Below, piece after piece: positions 50,187-61,495 of a DNA stretch of 64,000 bases. The notes beneath the pieces were generated by a model. That model was given only the letters and a program-made list of their open reading frames with translations, was not told the DNA's origin and did no database searches. Position 1 is the first letter of the stretch. Every line of letters starts with the position of its first letter. Source of the DNA: an uncultured Methanomicrobiales archaeon. Lineage in GTDB: Archaea > Halobacteriota > Methanomicrobia > Methanomicrobiales > Methanospirillaceae. The stretch lies in the NCBI GenBank assembly GCA_963697895.1, contig OY969100.1, positions 2,027,726 through 2,091,725 of the forward strand, in the 5' to 3' direction. A program made the translations under genes and the position numbers.

Positions 50187-51341
50187 TTACCGGCCAAAGA
50201 GGATCGGCAGGAGTTCTCCGGCATCCCGGAGACCGTACCCCCCGCAGGCGGCCTCGCGTTCTGAGAACCGGGTTATCCCATCTATCAGGTGTCCGTACAC
50301 AGCAAAGGGGACCGGGTCGGCGGTATGCGTTCTCAGACGGATGGGGGTCGGATGGTCAGGTAAAACCGCGATCACATCCGGCGATGCATCCAGAACTATC
50401 CCGCACATCTCGTCCACCCGCTCGATCGCGCACACTTTCTCCTCGATACTGCCCATGTGACCGGCCTCGTCGGGAGCCTCCACATGGATGTATACAAAAT
50501 CCAGGTGCCCGAGGGAATCGAGGGCATACCGTGCCTTGGCATGGTAATCGGTATCCAGGAATCCGGTGGCCCCGGGGACCCGGATCACCTCCATCCCCGC
50601 GCACCGGGCGATCCCGTTCAGAAGGTCGACTGCGGAGATCATACCCCCGCTTCTCCCGTACTTCTCCCGGAATTGCATCAAATCGGGTCTCTTTCCGCCA
50701 CTCCATGGCCAGATATCCGTTGCCGGGGGCAATTCTTCCCTTATCCGGGCCTGGTTGACCGGGTGTTCTGCGAAGATCTTCCGGCACTCCTGCATGCATC
50801 TCCGGAGGAGCGACGCGTCCCCGTTCTCCGGCAGGTACCCGGATACCGGTGAACCAACGATATCGTGCGGAGGAACGGTGACGGCCCCCGATCCATCCCG
50901 TACCACGAGGAGGTTCCGGTAGCTGATTCCGGCATGGAGGAGGAGACCGGGAATGCGGTTTCCTACGGCCTTCAGGAGGTCCGCCCCTTCCCTGCTGGAG
51001 ATATGGCCGGCCGAAAAATCGACCATGATCCCGTCCTCGATGGTCACCAGATTACACCGGTACGCGATATCCCGGGGTCCGAGTATGACCCCCATGCTTT
51101 CGGCCTCGAGCGGACCCCGGCCGGTATAAGAGACCCGGGGGTCATACCCGAGGATGGAGAGATTTGCGATGTCGCTCCCGGCCTCGCATCCGGCCGGGAT
51201 TGTCCTGAGCATCCCGCATGCCCCGGTGCGGGCGATTGCGTCCATGTTGGGCGTCTCGGCATACTCGAGGGGGGTCATCCCCGAAAGTGCATCGAGCGGT
51301 TCGTCGGCCATCCCGTCGGCGAGTATAAGGATAGTCTTCAT
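50187..51341 (-). CDS. apgM: Cofactor-independent phosphoglycerate mutase
   Basis: DGMAD, GSDIAN, GRGPLEA, EAPDEAGH and DHPTP. Start at MKTILILADG. Confidence 0.94.
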   Translation of the reverse strand: MKTILILADGMADEPLDALSGMTPLEYAETPNMDAIARTGACGMLRTIPAGCEAGSDIANLSILGYDPRVSYTGRGPLEAESMGVILGPRDIAYRCNLVTIEDGIMVDFSAGHISSREGADLLKAVGNRIPGLLLHAGISYRNLLVVRDGSGAVTVPPHDIVGSPVSGYLPENGDASLLRRCMQECRKIFAEHPVNQARIREELPPATDIWPWSGGKRPDLMQFREKYGRSGGMISAVDLLNGIARCAGMEVIRVPGATGFLDTDYHAKARYALDSLGHLDFVYIHVEAPDEAGHMGSIEEKVCAIERVDEMCGIVLDASPDVIAVLPDHPTPIRLRTHTADPVPFAVYGHLIDGITRFSEREAACGGYGLRDAGELLPILFGR

Positions 51342-51343
51342 TG

Positions 51344-51814
51344 TCAGCCTCCGAACCGGTACATGATCCCCATCGTCGGCAGGGTCAGGATCAGGGCGGC
51401 CACGACTGCACCGGCAATGATGGCCGGAAACGCCTGGCGGAACGGGATCCCGAATGCGAACGCGATGGCGCAGCCGCTCCAGGTGCCCGTGAGGGGCAGC
51501 GGCACCATCACGAAGAGGAAAAGTGCTAACGCCCCCCAACGGGTGACAGAATCTTCGTACTTTCTCGTGCGGGCGAAGACCCACCCGAAGAAATCCGCCA
51601 TGCGGGCGGATCGTGCACTCAAATTCTGCGAGACCGGTTCGAGAAGGAGGAGGAGGGGTATGACCGGAAGGATATTCCCGAGAATCCCCAGCGCAAACGC
51701 CGACGTCGGGGGATATCCCATCACGATCGCCGCAGGTATCGCGTACCGTGCCTCGAAGAACGGCGTGGCGCCGAGCAGGAGAACGACGAGTGCAGAACCG
51801 ATCTCCATGGTCAT
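51344..51814 (-). CDS. COG2426 small multidrug-export-like membrane protein
   Basis: P.FEARYAIP and VPLPLTGTWSG. Confidence 0.88.
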   Translation of the reverse strand: MTMEIGSALVVLLLGATPFFEARYAIPAAIVMGYPPTSAFALGILGNILPVIPLLLLLEPVSQNLSARSARMADFFGWVFARTRKYEDSVTRWGALALFLFVMVPLPLTGTWSGCAIAFAFGIPFRQAFPAIIAGAVVAALILTLPTMGIMYRFGG

Positions 51815-52740
51815 CTGAGCATCGCCCGGACTGCCCGGCGGATGCTTTCCTGTGAACCGAAGGGAGGCGACCAACCAAGAGCTTTGATCCGATCCAGTGA
51901 GAGCTGCATCCGCGGGACATCGCCGACCCAGCCCCGGTCTCCTCCGGTGAACCGGTATTCCACCCGTGACAGGCCCATTTCTGCGACAACTATATCGGCG
52001 ATGGTCCGCACGTCGATCCAGTCCTCCGACCCGATATTGAAGATGTTCAACCGTTCTTTTGCATGATCCGCCCCAAATAACATTGCTTCGGTGCAGGCGG
52101 TGACTTCCAGATAGGATTTGGATTGCCGCCCGTCCCCGAGTATCTCGAGGTGGCCGGGATCTCTCCGGAGCTTCTCTATAAAGTCGTGGATAACCCCGTG
52201 ACCGCTCCGTTCCCCGACGATATTGGCAAACCGGTAGATCCAGCCCCGAATCCCGTAACTGTGGCAGTACCCCGAGATGAGTGCCTCGCAGGCAAGTTTT
52301 GTTGCTCCGTACACGGAGATGGGTTCCATGGGGGCATAGTTCTCGGGTGTAGGGAGGACCTGTGCCTCGCCGTAGACCGTCGAGGTGGAGGTGAACACGA
52401 TCTCCGGGACGCCGTTCACCCGCATCGTCTCGAGGACCCGGTAGGTCGCGACGATGTTGTTCTGTACCTGTGCTTCCGGTGATAATGCGCTCTGCCGGAC
52501 GTCCGGGTCTGCCGCAAGGTGATAGATGCGTCCGGCTCCTCTGAAGGTCTCCTGCCAGCCGTCTTCCCGGAGGTCCTGTTCGATCAACCGGATCCTTCCT
52601 TTGTCAATGCTGCCGAGATTTCCGGGTGACCCCGAGACCAGGGAATCGATCACCCGTACCTCGTCGCCCCGGCCCAGCAGCGCATCCACCAGATGGGAGC
52701 CGATAAAGCCGGCTCCGCCCGTCACCACCGAGATCATCAT
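51811..52740 (-). CDS. NAD-dependent epimerase/dehydratase
   Basis: TGGAGFIGSH, STSTVYG and YGATK. Confidence 0.94.
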   Translation of the reverse strand: MMISVVTGGAGFIGSHLVDALLGRGDEVRVIDSLVSGSPGNLGSIDKGRIRLIEQDLREDGWQETFRGAGRIYHLAADPDVRQSALSPEAQVQNNIVATYRVLETMRVNGVPEIVFTSTSTVYGEAQVLPTPENYAPMEPISVYGATKLACEALISGYCHSYGIRGWIYRFANIVGERSGHGVIHDFIEKLRRDPGHLEILGDGRQSKSYLEVTACTEAMLFGADHAKERLNIFNIGSEDWIDVRTIADIVVAEMGLSRVEYRFTGGDRGWVGDVPRMQLSLDRIKALGWSPPFGSQESIRRAVRAMLR

Positions 52741-52776
52741 ATCCTAATATGTATTCCATGCTATAGGATTAGTGCT

Positions 52777-53649
52777 ATGTTCATCGGGATCGACCACGGA
52801 ACGAGCGCCGTCCGGTTTGCGGGAGGGTCCCGGGAGTTCAAAATTCCCCGGGAGGAAGCCCGCACGTTCTCCTGGCAGGATCTCTCCCGCCTGTGCCCGA
52901 TCCGGGAGATCGAGGGCGTCGCGATCACGTACTCCATGGGGGATAATTTTTCCTCCATTACCCGGGCCGGAGCGCTGGAGAACCGGGGAATTGTCAGCAG
53001 GGAAGGGGCCGGAAAGCATGTCGGCGGAGGAACGCGGGTTTTCGACGAAATATGTGCATCCGGACTCCCTGCGGTCGCTATCCCCGGGTTGCACCGGGGT
53101 TCTCCCACGGATCCCCGGTTCAAGGCCTACTCGCACCAGGCGAGCCCGGAGAAGATCGGGATTGCCTATGAGGTCTGCGGGGACCTGGGCGGAGAGGTTG
53201 TTGTATCCGACATCAGCTCCAATACGGTTACCCTCCTCATATCCGGAGGGCGTATCACGGGAGCGATCGATGCCTGCATCTTCGCCCCGGGCATGAAGCA
53301 CGGTGCGATCGACCTCGATGCGATACGCCGGATCGATCGCCATGAGTGCAGCGCAAACGAGGCTTTTCAGCAGGCGGGCGTGGAGTTTCATCTCCCGGCA
53401 ACGGAACGGGAACGTACCGTCGCACTCTTTTCAGCGATGGAATGCGCCGCGCTCCGGCTCCTGAATCCGGGGGCGAAGGTTGCGGTCGCCGGCACCCTTG
53501 CACCCCGTGTCTCCGCCGAGGTGGAACGGTTGTTAGGGAGCCCCGTTGCCGTATATGATGAATGGTGCGCATCCCGGGGTTTGGCAAAGATCGCCCGGGA
53601 TGTATTCGGGGGTGCCCGCACCGTTCTGGGGATAGACGTTCATCTGTAA
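52777..53649 (+). CDS. Methanogenesis marker protein 12
   Basis: GIDHGT, YSMGD, GAGKHVGGGT, YSHQASPEK and DISSNTV. Confidence 0.87.
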   Translation: MFIGIDHGTSAVRFAGGSREFKIPREEARTFSWQDLSRLCPIREIEGVAITYSMGDNFSSITRAGALENRGIVSREGAGKHVGGGTRVFDEICASGLPAVAIPGLHRGSPTDPRFKAYSHQASPEKIGIAYEVCGDLGGEVVVSDISSNTVTLLISGGRITGAIDACIFAPGMKHGAIDLDAIRRIDRHECSANEAFQQAGVEFHLPATERERTVALFSAMECAALRLLNPGAKVAVAGTLAPRVSAEVERLLGSPVAVYDEWCASRGLAKIARDVFGGARTVLGIDVHL

Positions 53650-53689
53650 ATTTATATGATTAATCGTGTAAGATTCATATGGGATTTTT

Positions 53690-54232
53690 GTGAGAGAGCT
53701 ACGTATCCATGGCAGAGGTGGGCAGGGATCAGTCACCGCCGCTGAATTGATTGCTGTTGCGGCTTTTGCGGGCGGCGTGTATGCACAGGCATTTCCTGCA
53801 TTCGGTGTCGAACGAAGAGGAGCACCGGTCCAGGCGTTTGTCCGGTTCAACAACAGTAAGATCCGGCTGCGAAGCCAGGTATACGAACCCGATTATATCA
53901 TCGTTCAGGACAGCACCCTGATCCGGGACGTCAATGTCTTCCAGGGTGTGAAATCCGGCGGTATCGTGATCGTCAATACTGAAAAAAAGCCTGATTACCC
54001 GATACCTGAAGGAGTACGGGTGATCCTGATCGATGCGACTTCCATAGCCCTCGAAGTTCTCGGGCTCCCGATCACGAACACTGCGCTCATGGGTGCGTTT
54101 GCAGCCGCCAGCGGGGAGATCGCATTCCCGGCACTTGAAGATGCTCTCCGCCACCGGTTCAGCGGTGAGATGGCGGAGAAGAATATCGAGGCATCACGGC
54201 GGGCATTCAACCTCGTGCAGGGGGTGGCATAA
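53690..54232 (+). CDS. porC: Pyruvate:ferredoxin oxidoreductase gamma subunit
   Basis: HGRGGQG and FGVERRGAPV. Confidence 0.94.
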   Translation: MRELRIHGRGGQGSVTAAELIAVAAFAGGVYAQAFPAFGVERRGAPVQAFVRFNNSKIRLRSQVYEPDYIIVQDSTLIRDVNVFQGVKSGGIVIVNTEKKPDYPIPEGVRVILIDATSIALEVLGLPITNTALMGAFAAASGEIAFPALEDALRHRFSGEMAEKNIEASRRAFNLVQGVA

Positions 54233-54492
54233 TGCCGCTCAACATCGGGTGTTGTGCCCGTCCCGGCGGGTCGCGTGCGAATAAAACGGGCTCATGGCGG
54301 GTATTCAAGCCACGGTTCCTCACGGAGAAATGCACAAAATGCGGGATGTGCCGGACGATCTGCCCGGAGGGATGCGTCAGTGAAGGAGAAGACGGGAACT
54401 TCATCGCCGATTACGAGTACTGCAAAGGATGCGGCCTCTGCGCCGAAGAATGCCCGGCCGAAGGGATCGTCATGGAACTGGAGGAAAAATAA
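54232..54492 (+). CDS. porD: Pyruvate:ferredoxin oxidoreductase delta subunit
   Basis: KTGSWR and YCKGCGLCAEECP. Confidence 0.94.
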   Translation: MPLNIGCCARPGGSRANKTGSWRVFKPRFLTEKCTKCGMCRTICPEGCVSEGEDGNFIADYEYCKGCGLCAEECPAEGIVMELEEK

Positions 54493-54550
54493 TGATCTCC
54501 TCACGGGCATCTAAAAGGCATCGTCAGGTGAACGGAAGGGGGTTCCCTTC

Positions 54551-55705
54551 ATGATGGAAATTATGGAGGGTTCGCACGCGGTCGCGGAAGCGGTCGGGTT
54601 CTGCCGGCCACAGGTGATCGCCGCCTATCCTATCACACCCCAGACCCATATCGTGGAAGCCCTGGCCGATATGGTCGCAAACTGCCGGCTGGACTGTGAA
54701 TACATCACGGTCGAGAGCGAATTTTCCGCCCTTTCGGCATGTCTCGGAGCCAGTGCAACCGGTTCCCGGACGTACTCCGCGACCACCTCGCAGGGGCTTG
54801 CCCTCATGTTCGAGGTCTGCTTCAATGTCGCCGGCCTCCGTCTTCCGATCGTCATGACGATCGCAAACCGGGCCCTCGGGGCACCCCTCTCCATCTGGAA
54901 TGATCAGCAGGACTCCATCTCGCTCCGTGATTCGGGGTGGATGCAGCTCTATGCGGAGGACAACCAGGAGGCGACGGACCTGCACTATATCGCCTACCGG
55001 GTGGCGGAGGACCACCGGGTCCTTCTGCCCGCATTCGTCTGTTTCGACGGGTTTATCCTCTCCCACACGTATGAGCCGGTCGATATGCTTACCCAGGAGC
55101 AGGTGGACCGATATCTCCCGCCTTTCTCTCCCTACCAGCGGCTTGATGCGGCCGATCCGATCAGTTTCGGCATGTATGCGACGCCGGATTATTACATGGA
55201 ATTCCGGTATGAGATCGACCAGGCGATGCTTCGGGCGAAAAAAATCATCGCCGGGGCAGGGAAGGAATTTGGTGAGCAGTTCGGTCGCGATTACAGCGCA
55301 CCGGTGGAAGCGTACCGGCTGGAGGATGCGGATGTGGGGATAGTGGCGATGGGGTCCCTCTGCGGGACGGTGAAGGATGCGATCGATGAGCTGCGTGCCG
55401 GCGGAAAGAAGGTCGGGCTCCTCAAGATCCGGTGCTTCCGGCCGTTCCCCTCGGAAGAGGTCAGAAAGGCGCTCTCCGCGGTGCACCGGGTCGCGGTCCT
55501 CGACAAGAACATATCCATCGGGGCGAAAGGAGCCGTGGCGCTCGAGGTGAAGGATGCCCTGTATGGGTCACAGATTCCGGTCCTGGACTATATCATCGGA
55601 CTCGGCGGAAGGGATGTCCGTAAGAAGGATATTGCCGCAATTGTGTCGATGGCGGAGGCGGGCAAAGGGGACCTGTTCTACGGTCTCCGGACGGAGGTGC
55701 TCTGA
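54551..55705 (+). CDS. porA: Pyruvate:ferredoxin oxidoreductase alpha subunit
   Basis: [19 protein letters not shown] and GLGGRD. Confidence 0.95.
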   Translation: MMEIMEGSHAVAEAVGFCRPQVIAAYPITPQTHIVEALADMVANCRLDCEYITVESEFSALSACLGASATGSRTYSATTSQGLALMFEVCFNVAGLRLPIVMTIANRALGAPLSIWNDQQDSISLRDSGWMQLYAEDNQEATDLHYIAYRVAEDHRVLLPAFVCFDGFILSHTYEPVDMLTQEQVDRYLPPFSPYQRLDAADPISFGMYATPDYYMEFRYEIDQAMLRAKKIIAGAGKEFGEQFGRDYSAPVEAYRLEDADVGIVAMGSLCGTVKDAIDELRAGGKKVGLLKIRCFRPFPSEEVRKALSAVHRVAVLDKNISIGAKGAVALEVKDALYGSQIPVLDYIIGLGGRDVRKKDIAAIVSMAEAGKGDLFYGLRTEVL

Positions 55706-56613
55706 TGAAGGCCGAACCCCCGTCCTGTGACCTGTTCGAATGCGGGCACCGTGCCTGCGGCGGGTGTGGTGCGGCACTCGCCTCCCGGCTGATCCTGAAG
55801 GCGGCGGGTCCGGATACGATCGTGTCTTCCGCGACGGGGTGCATGGAGGTCTTCTCCACGCCGTACCCGGAGACCGCCTGGAAGATCCCCTGGATCCACT
55901 CCCTCTTCGAGAATAACTCGGCGGTGGCATCGGGCATTGAAGCATCGCTGAAACGTCAGGGGAGGAAAGAGAAGGTGATCGCGATCGGCGGCGACGGCGC
56001 AACGTTCGATATCGGTGTCCTCTGTATCAGCGGCGCGTTCGAGCGCGGGCATGATTTCACTTATGTCTGCTACGACAACGAGGCCTATATGAACACGGGG
56101 ATCCAGCGGTCCGGTGCGACTCCCTACGATGCGAGCACCACGACAAGCCCCGCCGGGAGATGTTCTTCAGGCAACCCCCGGCCGAAAAAGGATATGCCCG
56201 CGATCCTGGCAGCGCACGGGGCGCCGTTCGTGGCAACTGCATCGATCGCATACCCGATGGACGTCGTGAAGAAGATCGAAAAGGCGATCCGGACACCTGG
56301 ACCCTGCTATGTTCAGCTCCATGCCCCATGCTGCACCGGCTGGGGCTTTGAAGGCGAGAAGACGATCGCCATCGGGAAGCTGGCGATCGAGACCGGTCTC
56401 TGGGTGAACTATGAGATGGAGAACGGCGTTGTTACCCGCGTGAGAAAGGTGGTCCGAAAACCGGTAGAGGAGTACCTGAAAGAGCAGAAACGGTTCCGGC
56501 ACCTCTTCAAACCGAAGCGTAACGATGCGGAGATCGCAAAAATACAGGCAATTGCAGACCGAAACGCGGAGCGCTTCGGGATAGACATCAAACTGAAAAC
56601 AGAAGGGCCGTAA
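55705..56613 (+). CDS. porB: Pyruvate:ferredoxin oxidoreductase beta subunit
   Basis: [12 protein letters not shown] and [13 protein letters not shown]. Confidence 0.95.
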   Translation: MKAEPPSCDLFECGHRACGGCGAALASRLILKAAGPDTIVSSATGCMEVFSTPYPETAWKIPWIHSLFENNSAVASGIEASLKRQGRKEKVIAIGGDGATFDIGVLCISGAFERGHDFTYVCYDNEAYMNTGIQRSGATPYDASTTTSPAGRCSSGNPRPKKDMPAILAAHGAPFVATASIAYPMDVVKKIEKAIRTPGPCYVQLHAPCCTGWGFEGEKTIAIGKLAIETGLWVNYEMENGVVTRVRKVVRKPVEEYLKEQKRFRHLFKPKRNDAEIAKIQAIADRNAERFGIDIKLKTEGP

Positions 56614-56719
56614 ATTAACCCTTTTTTTATCTTTAGTCCCTTAACCAAAGACATCCTCAACAGGAAAGTACTCCCTGCAATGCCTCCGGAGAGGTTTCAC
56701 CAATCACCTGGAGCCCGTA

Positions 56720-57358
56720 TCATGCTCTCTTCTTTCTCCTCCAGGTCATGACGAACGGCAGGAGCAGCACCACGGCGATGACGATCCAGAAGTTCCCGAA
56801 AAGGTACAGGAGAGACTCCCTCTCCTGGTCGTAGAACCGGAGCTCGAAGCTCCGGGTTCCGTTCCAGACGACGGAGATGCTGCTGTTGTCCACCGGGGTG
56901 ATCTGGCCGCCCGGGCTTATAACCCCGAGGAGCGGGTTCCGCACATCATATTCTCCCGGAATAACGACTTCAACCCAGTACGGCTGGTCAAAGGTACCCT
57001 GCAGGTGATTATCCCTGATGGGTCCCTGGTAATGAATGGTGTAACTGCCGGCAGGAAAACTGATCCCGTTGTTGTTGGTCCAGTTGAACGTGCAAGAGGT
57101 GCAATTTCCTGACAGGGAGACATTGGTGACCTGGATCGGCACCCGTTCACCGAGGGGACCCGTCTCATAGAACTCGTAGCCGGTCACATTCCCGGTGGTG
57201 ACGGCTGCCTCGTATGCCGAACCGTTCGGAAAAATGGTATACCGGGCCTCCGGTATCGCGGCGCTCCCGGCAGCGATGGTAAGAAGAATGATCAGGATAA
57301 ATGCAGCGCTGAAAGAAGCGACTGCAGATCGGCGTCGATCTCGGTCGGTGGTTCGCAT
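56720..57358 (-). CDS. Membrane-anchored hypothetical protein (DUF5803-like)
   Basis: N-terminal signal, NPLLG.ISPGG, RFYD.ERE..L and C-terminal TM helix with basic tail. Confidence 0.75.
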   Translation of the reverse strand: MRTTDRDRRRSAVASFSAAFILIILLTIAAGSAAIPEARYTIFPNGSAYEAAVTTGNVTGYEFYETGPLGERVPIQVTNVSLSGNCTSCTFNWTNNNGISFPAGSYTIHYQGPIRDNHLQGTFDQPYWVEVVIPGEYDVRNPLLGVISPGGQITPVDNSSISVVWNGTRSFELRFYDQERESLLYLFGNFWIVIAVVLLLPFVMTWRRKKRA

Positions 57359-58501
57359 TGTCTGATCACGGTATCCGGGTCCTTGAGGAGGTGTCCCGTT
57401 ACCACGCAGACGACCTGCTCATCCCGGTCGATAATTCCCTGTTCCCTGAGTTTCTTTACCCCGGCTACCGATGCGGCCGAAGCCGGTTCGACCCCGATTC
57501 CTTCCTTCCTGGCGAGATCCCGCTGCATGGCAAGTATCTCGTCATCGGTCACTGCCTCCGCGGTTCCCCCCGTGGTCCGTATGGCGACAAGGGCCTTCTC
57601 GGCGTTGACCGGAGCCCCGATCCGGATCGCGGTGGCGACGGTCTCCGGGTGTTCCTCGGGGACCACAACAGGAAGATTATCCCTTATCGCCCGGACGATC
57701 GGCATCGATCCCGCTGCCTGTATACCGGTCATCATCGGAAGCCGGTCGATGAACCCCATCTCCTGCAGCTCCAGGAGCCCCTTGTGAACCGCCGAAATGT
57801 TCCCTGCGTTCCCTACCGGGAGGACGAACCGGTCCGGCACCCCGCCGAGCTGGTCCAGCGCCTCAAATCCGATCGTTTTCTGCCCTTCGAGCCGGTACGG
57901 GTTGACCGAGTTGAGGAGGTACAGACCGTGGGAGATACAGAGCTGCGTGTACCATCTCCAGTGCACGGTCGAAATTTCCCCGGATGGAGATGACCCGGGC
58001 ACCGTGCATCAGCGCCTGGGCCACTTTTCCGACCGCCACCTTCCCGGCCGGAAGGAGAACGACCGCAGGGATACCTGCTTTCGCCGCGTACACGGCCAGG
58101 CTTGCCGAAGTATTCCCGGTGCTTGCGCAGGCCACGCTCTTTTTATCCAGCTGTATGGCCATCGTGACCCCGACGGTCATACCCCGATCCTTGAACGAGC
58201 CGGATGGGTTCATTCCCTCGTGCTTTGCATAGAGCTCCCGGAGCCCCAGCTCGTCTCCGAGCCGCTTCAGGTGGTAGAGCGGGGTTCCGCCCTCCTGCAG
58301 GGTCACCGGCGGGATTCTGACCGGGAGCAGCTCGCGGTACCGCCAGACCGAGAGCGGCCTTTTGTTCCAGGTATCCCTGCTCACGGGTTCCGCGTCCAGG
58401 TCATACCGGACGGCGAGCAGGTGACCACACTTCCGGCAGGTATACAAGACTTCATCCGGGCCGTACTCGGCGGCGCAGTTGACGCACCGGAGCCTGTACA
58501 T
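57292..58501 (-). pseudogene. thrC: Threonine synthase split by a single frameshift (real lesion or sequencing error)
   Basis: 5' ORF carries NPSGSFKDRG and ASTGNT; 3' ORF carries NSVNPYRLEGQKT, PVGNAGN and TGHLLKD. One extra base near 57946-57952. Confidence 0.9.
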
Positions 58502-58594
58502 ATAATAAAATATCGGCCTCCGACCTACATATAGGAGTGCATTTATCCATCGATGCAGATCCGACGGGACCTGCAGACGTTCGGATCGGTTCCT

Positions 58595-59413
58595 TCACGG
58601 ACGACCCGGATCCCCCGCACCCCCGAGCAGCGCGTGATACAGTACATCCCGCCGGTCCGCCTCCACATGAGGAGGGCTGGCGCGGGCCAGCCGAATTACT
58701 GCCGGGTCGAGCGTGGCACATATCAGCTCTTCCCCTGCTCCCGCACGGGCGATGACCTCACCGTCGGGTCCGGCGATGATCGAATTACCGCAATAGGCAT
58801 CCACCGGCGTTATGCCGGTGGTGTTCACCCCGATGATATAAAGCCGCTCCTCGAGTGCCCGGGAACGAATCAACAGCTCCCATGCCCTTACCCGGGAGGC
58901 CGGCCATGCGGACGAGACGATCACCCCGTCGGCCCCCTGTCGTGCATATACCCGGAAGAGGGGTGAGAACCTGAGATCATAACAGATTGCCATGCCAAGG
59001 CAGATATCCCCCAGGGAGAAGAGTACAATATCCTCTCCCGGCAGGTAGTTCTGCTCCTCATTTCCCGGCGAGAAAAGGTGGCACTTTGCATATACACCGA
59101 TCACCACTCCCTGCCTGTCTATCACAAGTGCGGTATTCCGGGGAAGCGGATGATACTGTTCACGGAACGAACCGAGAATCGCGATATTGTGCTTCCGGGC
59201 GAGTTGCCGGAGCGTCTGCACGATCTCACCGGAGAGCCCCTGGATATGCAACCGCGAGGAAGGATCCCATCCGGTGGCGAACTGCTCAGGGAAGCACACG
59301 AGAGAAGCGCCACGTTCCGCTGCGTCATGAATGTACCGTTCGATGGTTTCGATGGTTGCCCGGGGGTTCTCCCAGATACTTCCCACCTGGGCGGCGCAGA
59401 TCCGTTCCGGCAC
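58595..59413 (-). CDS. Nitrilase/carbon-nitrogen hydrolase family
   Basis: FPE, YAKCHLF and ICYDLRF (E-K-C triad). Confidence 0.92.
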   Translation of the reverse strand: MPERICAAQVGSIWENPRATIETIERYIHDAAERGASLVCFPEQFATGWDPSSRLHIQGLSGEIVQTLRQLARKHNIAILGSFREQYHPLPRNTALVIDRQGVVIGVYAKCHLFSPGNEEQNYLPGEDIVLFSLGDICLGMAICYDLRFSPLFRVYARQGADGVIVSSAWPASRVRAWELLIRSRALEERLYIIGVNTTGITPVDAYCGNSIIAGPDGEVIARAGAGEELICATLDPAVIRLARASPPHVEADRRDVLYHALLGGAGDPGRP

Positions 59414-59425
59414 AGTTTCCTCCTT

Positions 59426-60082
59426 TTATGGGACCGTTCCGCCGGAGAGTACCGGAAATGCCGTGATGAGGCCCGCGATCACGAACTGCACCGCGATCGC
59501 GAGGAGCAGTATCCCCATGAGCCGGTTGATCGCCCGGAACTCCTTCTGTCCGATCTTTTTCACAATTATGTCAGCATTCCGCATCGCCAGATAGGTGAGT
59601 GCGATCGCAACAACGATCGCGACGATGACGATGAAGTCCTGTCCCAGGTTCCCACCGGCCTCGCTGATGAGGACGATCGTCGTGGTGATCGCCCCGGGCC
59701 CGGCAATCATCGGAAGGGCGAGGGGCGTGATCGCTACGTCTTCTGCCTCGATCCCCTCGTACTTCTCCGTATCGGTCAGTTTCGTCCGGGACGTCCTCGC
59801 ATAAACCATCTCCATCCCGATGAGAAAGAGGAGGATACCGCCAGCGATCCGGAACGCCTCCAGCGTGATCCCGAAGAGCTGCAGAATCACACCGCCGAGG
59901 ATGGCGAACACAACCAATATGATCAGAGCGTACCGGGAAGCATCCTTTGCGGTCCGGGTCTTCGCTGCCTGATCCATATTCGCCGTGAGGGAGACGAAGA
60001 TAAGGGTGGCCGCAAGGGGATTGACGATGATGATGAGGGAAGAAAAAACGAGCAGGGTAAACGTGAGAATGTCCCCGGCCAT
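59426..60082 (-). CDS. MarC family membrane protein
   Basis: IVNP, FRIAGG, PLALPMIAGPG and RLMGILL. Confidence 0.92.
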   Translation of the reverse strand: MAGDILTFTLLVFSSLIIIVNPLAATLIFVSLTANMDQAAKTRTAKDASRYALIILVVFAILGGVILQLFGITLEAFRIAGGILLFLIGMEMVYARTSRTKLTDTEKYEGIEAEDVAITPLALPMIAGPGAITTTIVLISEAGGNLGQDFIVIVAIVVAIALTYLAMRNADIIVKKIGQKEFRAINRLMGILLLAIAVQFVIAGLITAFPVLSGGTVP

Positions 60083-60256
60083 ATATGCACCCATAGGTGC
60101 TGCCCTCATTAAAGCATTTCTCCCATCCGTTTCCACGCTTCCGTATCGGTGAAGCAACCAGAGACGACGTCAGGAGTGCTTGAAAAATCAGGCGGTCCGG
60201 ACCGTAACATCCTGCCCTCAATAGGGGAGAAAAGGGAAATTCCGGTTATTGCCGGA

Positions 60257-60706
60257 TCACTCGAATAGTATCGGCTCATCCACCCGTTTGTAGGAGATGA
60301 GTTCTTCGGGGGAGAAGTGGATCCCGATCTCACGGTCGGCACTTTCCGGAGAATCGGACGCATGAACAACGTTCCTCCCGATATCCATCGCCATGTCCCC
60401 CCGTATGGTCCCCGGGGATGCCTCGGCCGGATTTGTCGCCCCGACGATCCGCCTGACGATCGGAACGGCATCCTTCCCCTCCCACACCATGAGGAAACAG
60501 GGGCCGCTCATAATATAGTGCCGGAGTGAGGGGAAGAACGGCTTCTCGAGGTGCTCCCGGTACTGTTCCATGACCCGCTTTTCGGTCAGCCGCTCGAACC
60601 GGGCAGCCACCATCTTCAGGCCCTTCGCCTCCAGCCGGCTCACGACGGATCCGACGAGTCCCCTCTGCACGCCGTCCGGTTTGACCATGACGAAGGTGCG
60701 ATCCAT
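60257..60706 (-). CDS. ndk: Nucleoside diphosphate kinase
   Basis: [16 protein letters not shown] and NVVHASD. Confidence 0.97.
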   Translation of the reverse strand: MDRTFVMVKPDGVQRGLVGSVVSRLEAKGLKMVAARFERLTEKRVMEQYREHLEKPFFPSLRHYIMSGPCFLMVWEGKDAVPIVRRIVGATNPAEASPGTIRGDMAMDIGRNVVHASDSPESADREIGIHFSPEELISYKRVDEPILFE

Positions 60707-60712
60707 GGAAGC

Positions 60713-60904
60713 TCACTCCTTGCCAAGTGCCTTACGTCCAGCTTTTGTCCAGGCAACGCGCCGTGGCACCCGCCCGAGCCGGTAATTTTTCTGGCACTTT
60801 GTTCCGCAGAAATAAAAGATTGTCCCGTCTTTTCTGACGAACATCTTCCCGGTTCCGGGTTCGACCGGTCCCCCGCAGAAGTTGCATGTGCGTATCTCGA
60901 CCAT
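60713..60904 (-). CDS. rpl24e: 50S ribosomal protein L24e
   Basis: CNFCG...PGTG...FCGTKC. Confidence 0.95.
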   Translation of the reverse strand: MVEIRTCNFCGGPVEPGTGKMFVRKDGTIFYFCGTKCQKNYRLGRVPRRVAWTKAGRKALGKE

Positions 60905-60909
60905 ATGTT

Positions 60910-61119
60910 TCACCGCCTCGAGAGTTTCTTTGCCTCACGTTCGGTCTCGAGGAGCATGATGACATCCCCTTCCCGGATCGGCCCCACCGTATTCCGGGTG
61001 ATGATCCGGCCTTTATTGATCCCATCCAGTATCCGGCATTTCACCTGCATCGCCTCGCCATGCATGCCGGTCGAACCGATCACCTCGATCACCTCTGCGG
61101 GTGTTCCTTCGTCTGCCAT
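60910..61119 (-). CDS. rps28e: 30S ribosomal protein S28e
   Basis: TGMHGE, GPIREGD and ETEREA. Confidence 0.97.
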   Translation of the reverse strand: MADEGTPAEVIEVIGSTGMHGEAMQVKCRILDGINKGRIITRNTVGPIREGDVIMLLETEREAKKLSRR

Positions 61120-61126
61120 TGTCTCC

Positions 61127-61495
61127 TCACGCTCTCAGGTCGGCGACCTGTTTCGCGATCTCATCCACAAGTTCTTTCGCTTTCCCGGGTTTCACAATGG
61201 CAGCGGCGGTAGAACCGACATCCAGGCCGCTTGCAGTCCCGATATCGTTCTGCTTGTTGATGAAGATGTACGGTATCTTCTTCTCTTCGCAAAGCGGCCC
61301 CAGGTGCATCACGATCTCTTCGGGTTCGACATCGCCCCCGATCAGAACCAGAGTGGCGATACTTCGTTCAATGGCTTTGGTCGCCTCGTTTGCCCCTTTC
61401 TTTATCTTGCCCGTATCCTTTGCGATCTCGAGTGCTTCAAGCGCTTTGTTCTGAATCTCTTCAGGAACCTGGAATTTCACGTAATTCTTTGCCAT
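61127..61495 (-). CDS. rpl7ae: 50S ribosomal protein L7Ae
   Basis: [12 protein letters not shown] and [10 protein letters not shown]. Confidence 0.97.
   Translation of the reverse strand: MAKNYVKFQVPEEIQNKALEALEIAKDTGKIKKGANEATKAIERSIATLVLIGGDVEPEEIVMHLGPLCEEKKIPYIFINKQNDIGTASGLDVGSTAAAIVKPGKAKELVDEIAKQVADLRA

Noticed and set aside
51342-51989. Apparent ~215-aa N-terminal extension of apgM (600-aa ORF)
   Set aside because: Overlaps two real genes in other frames; ApgM begins at 51341.
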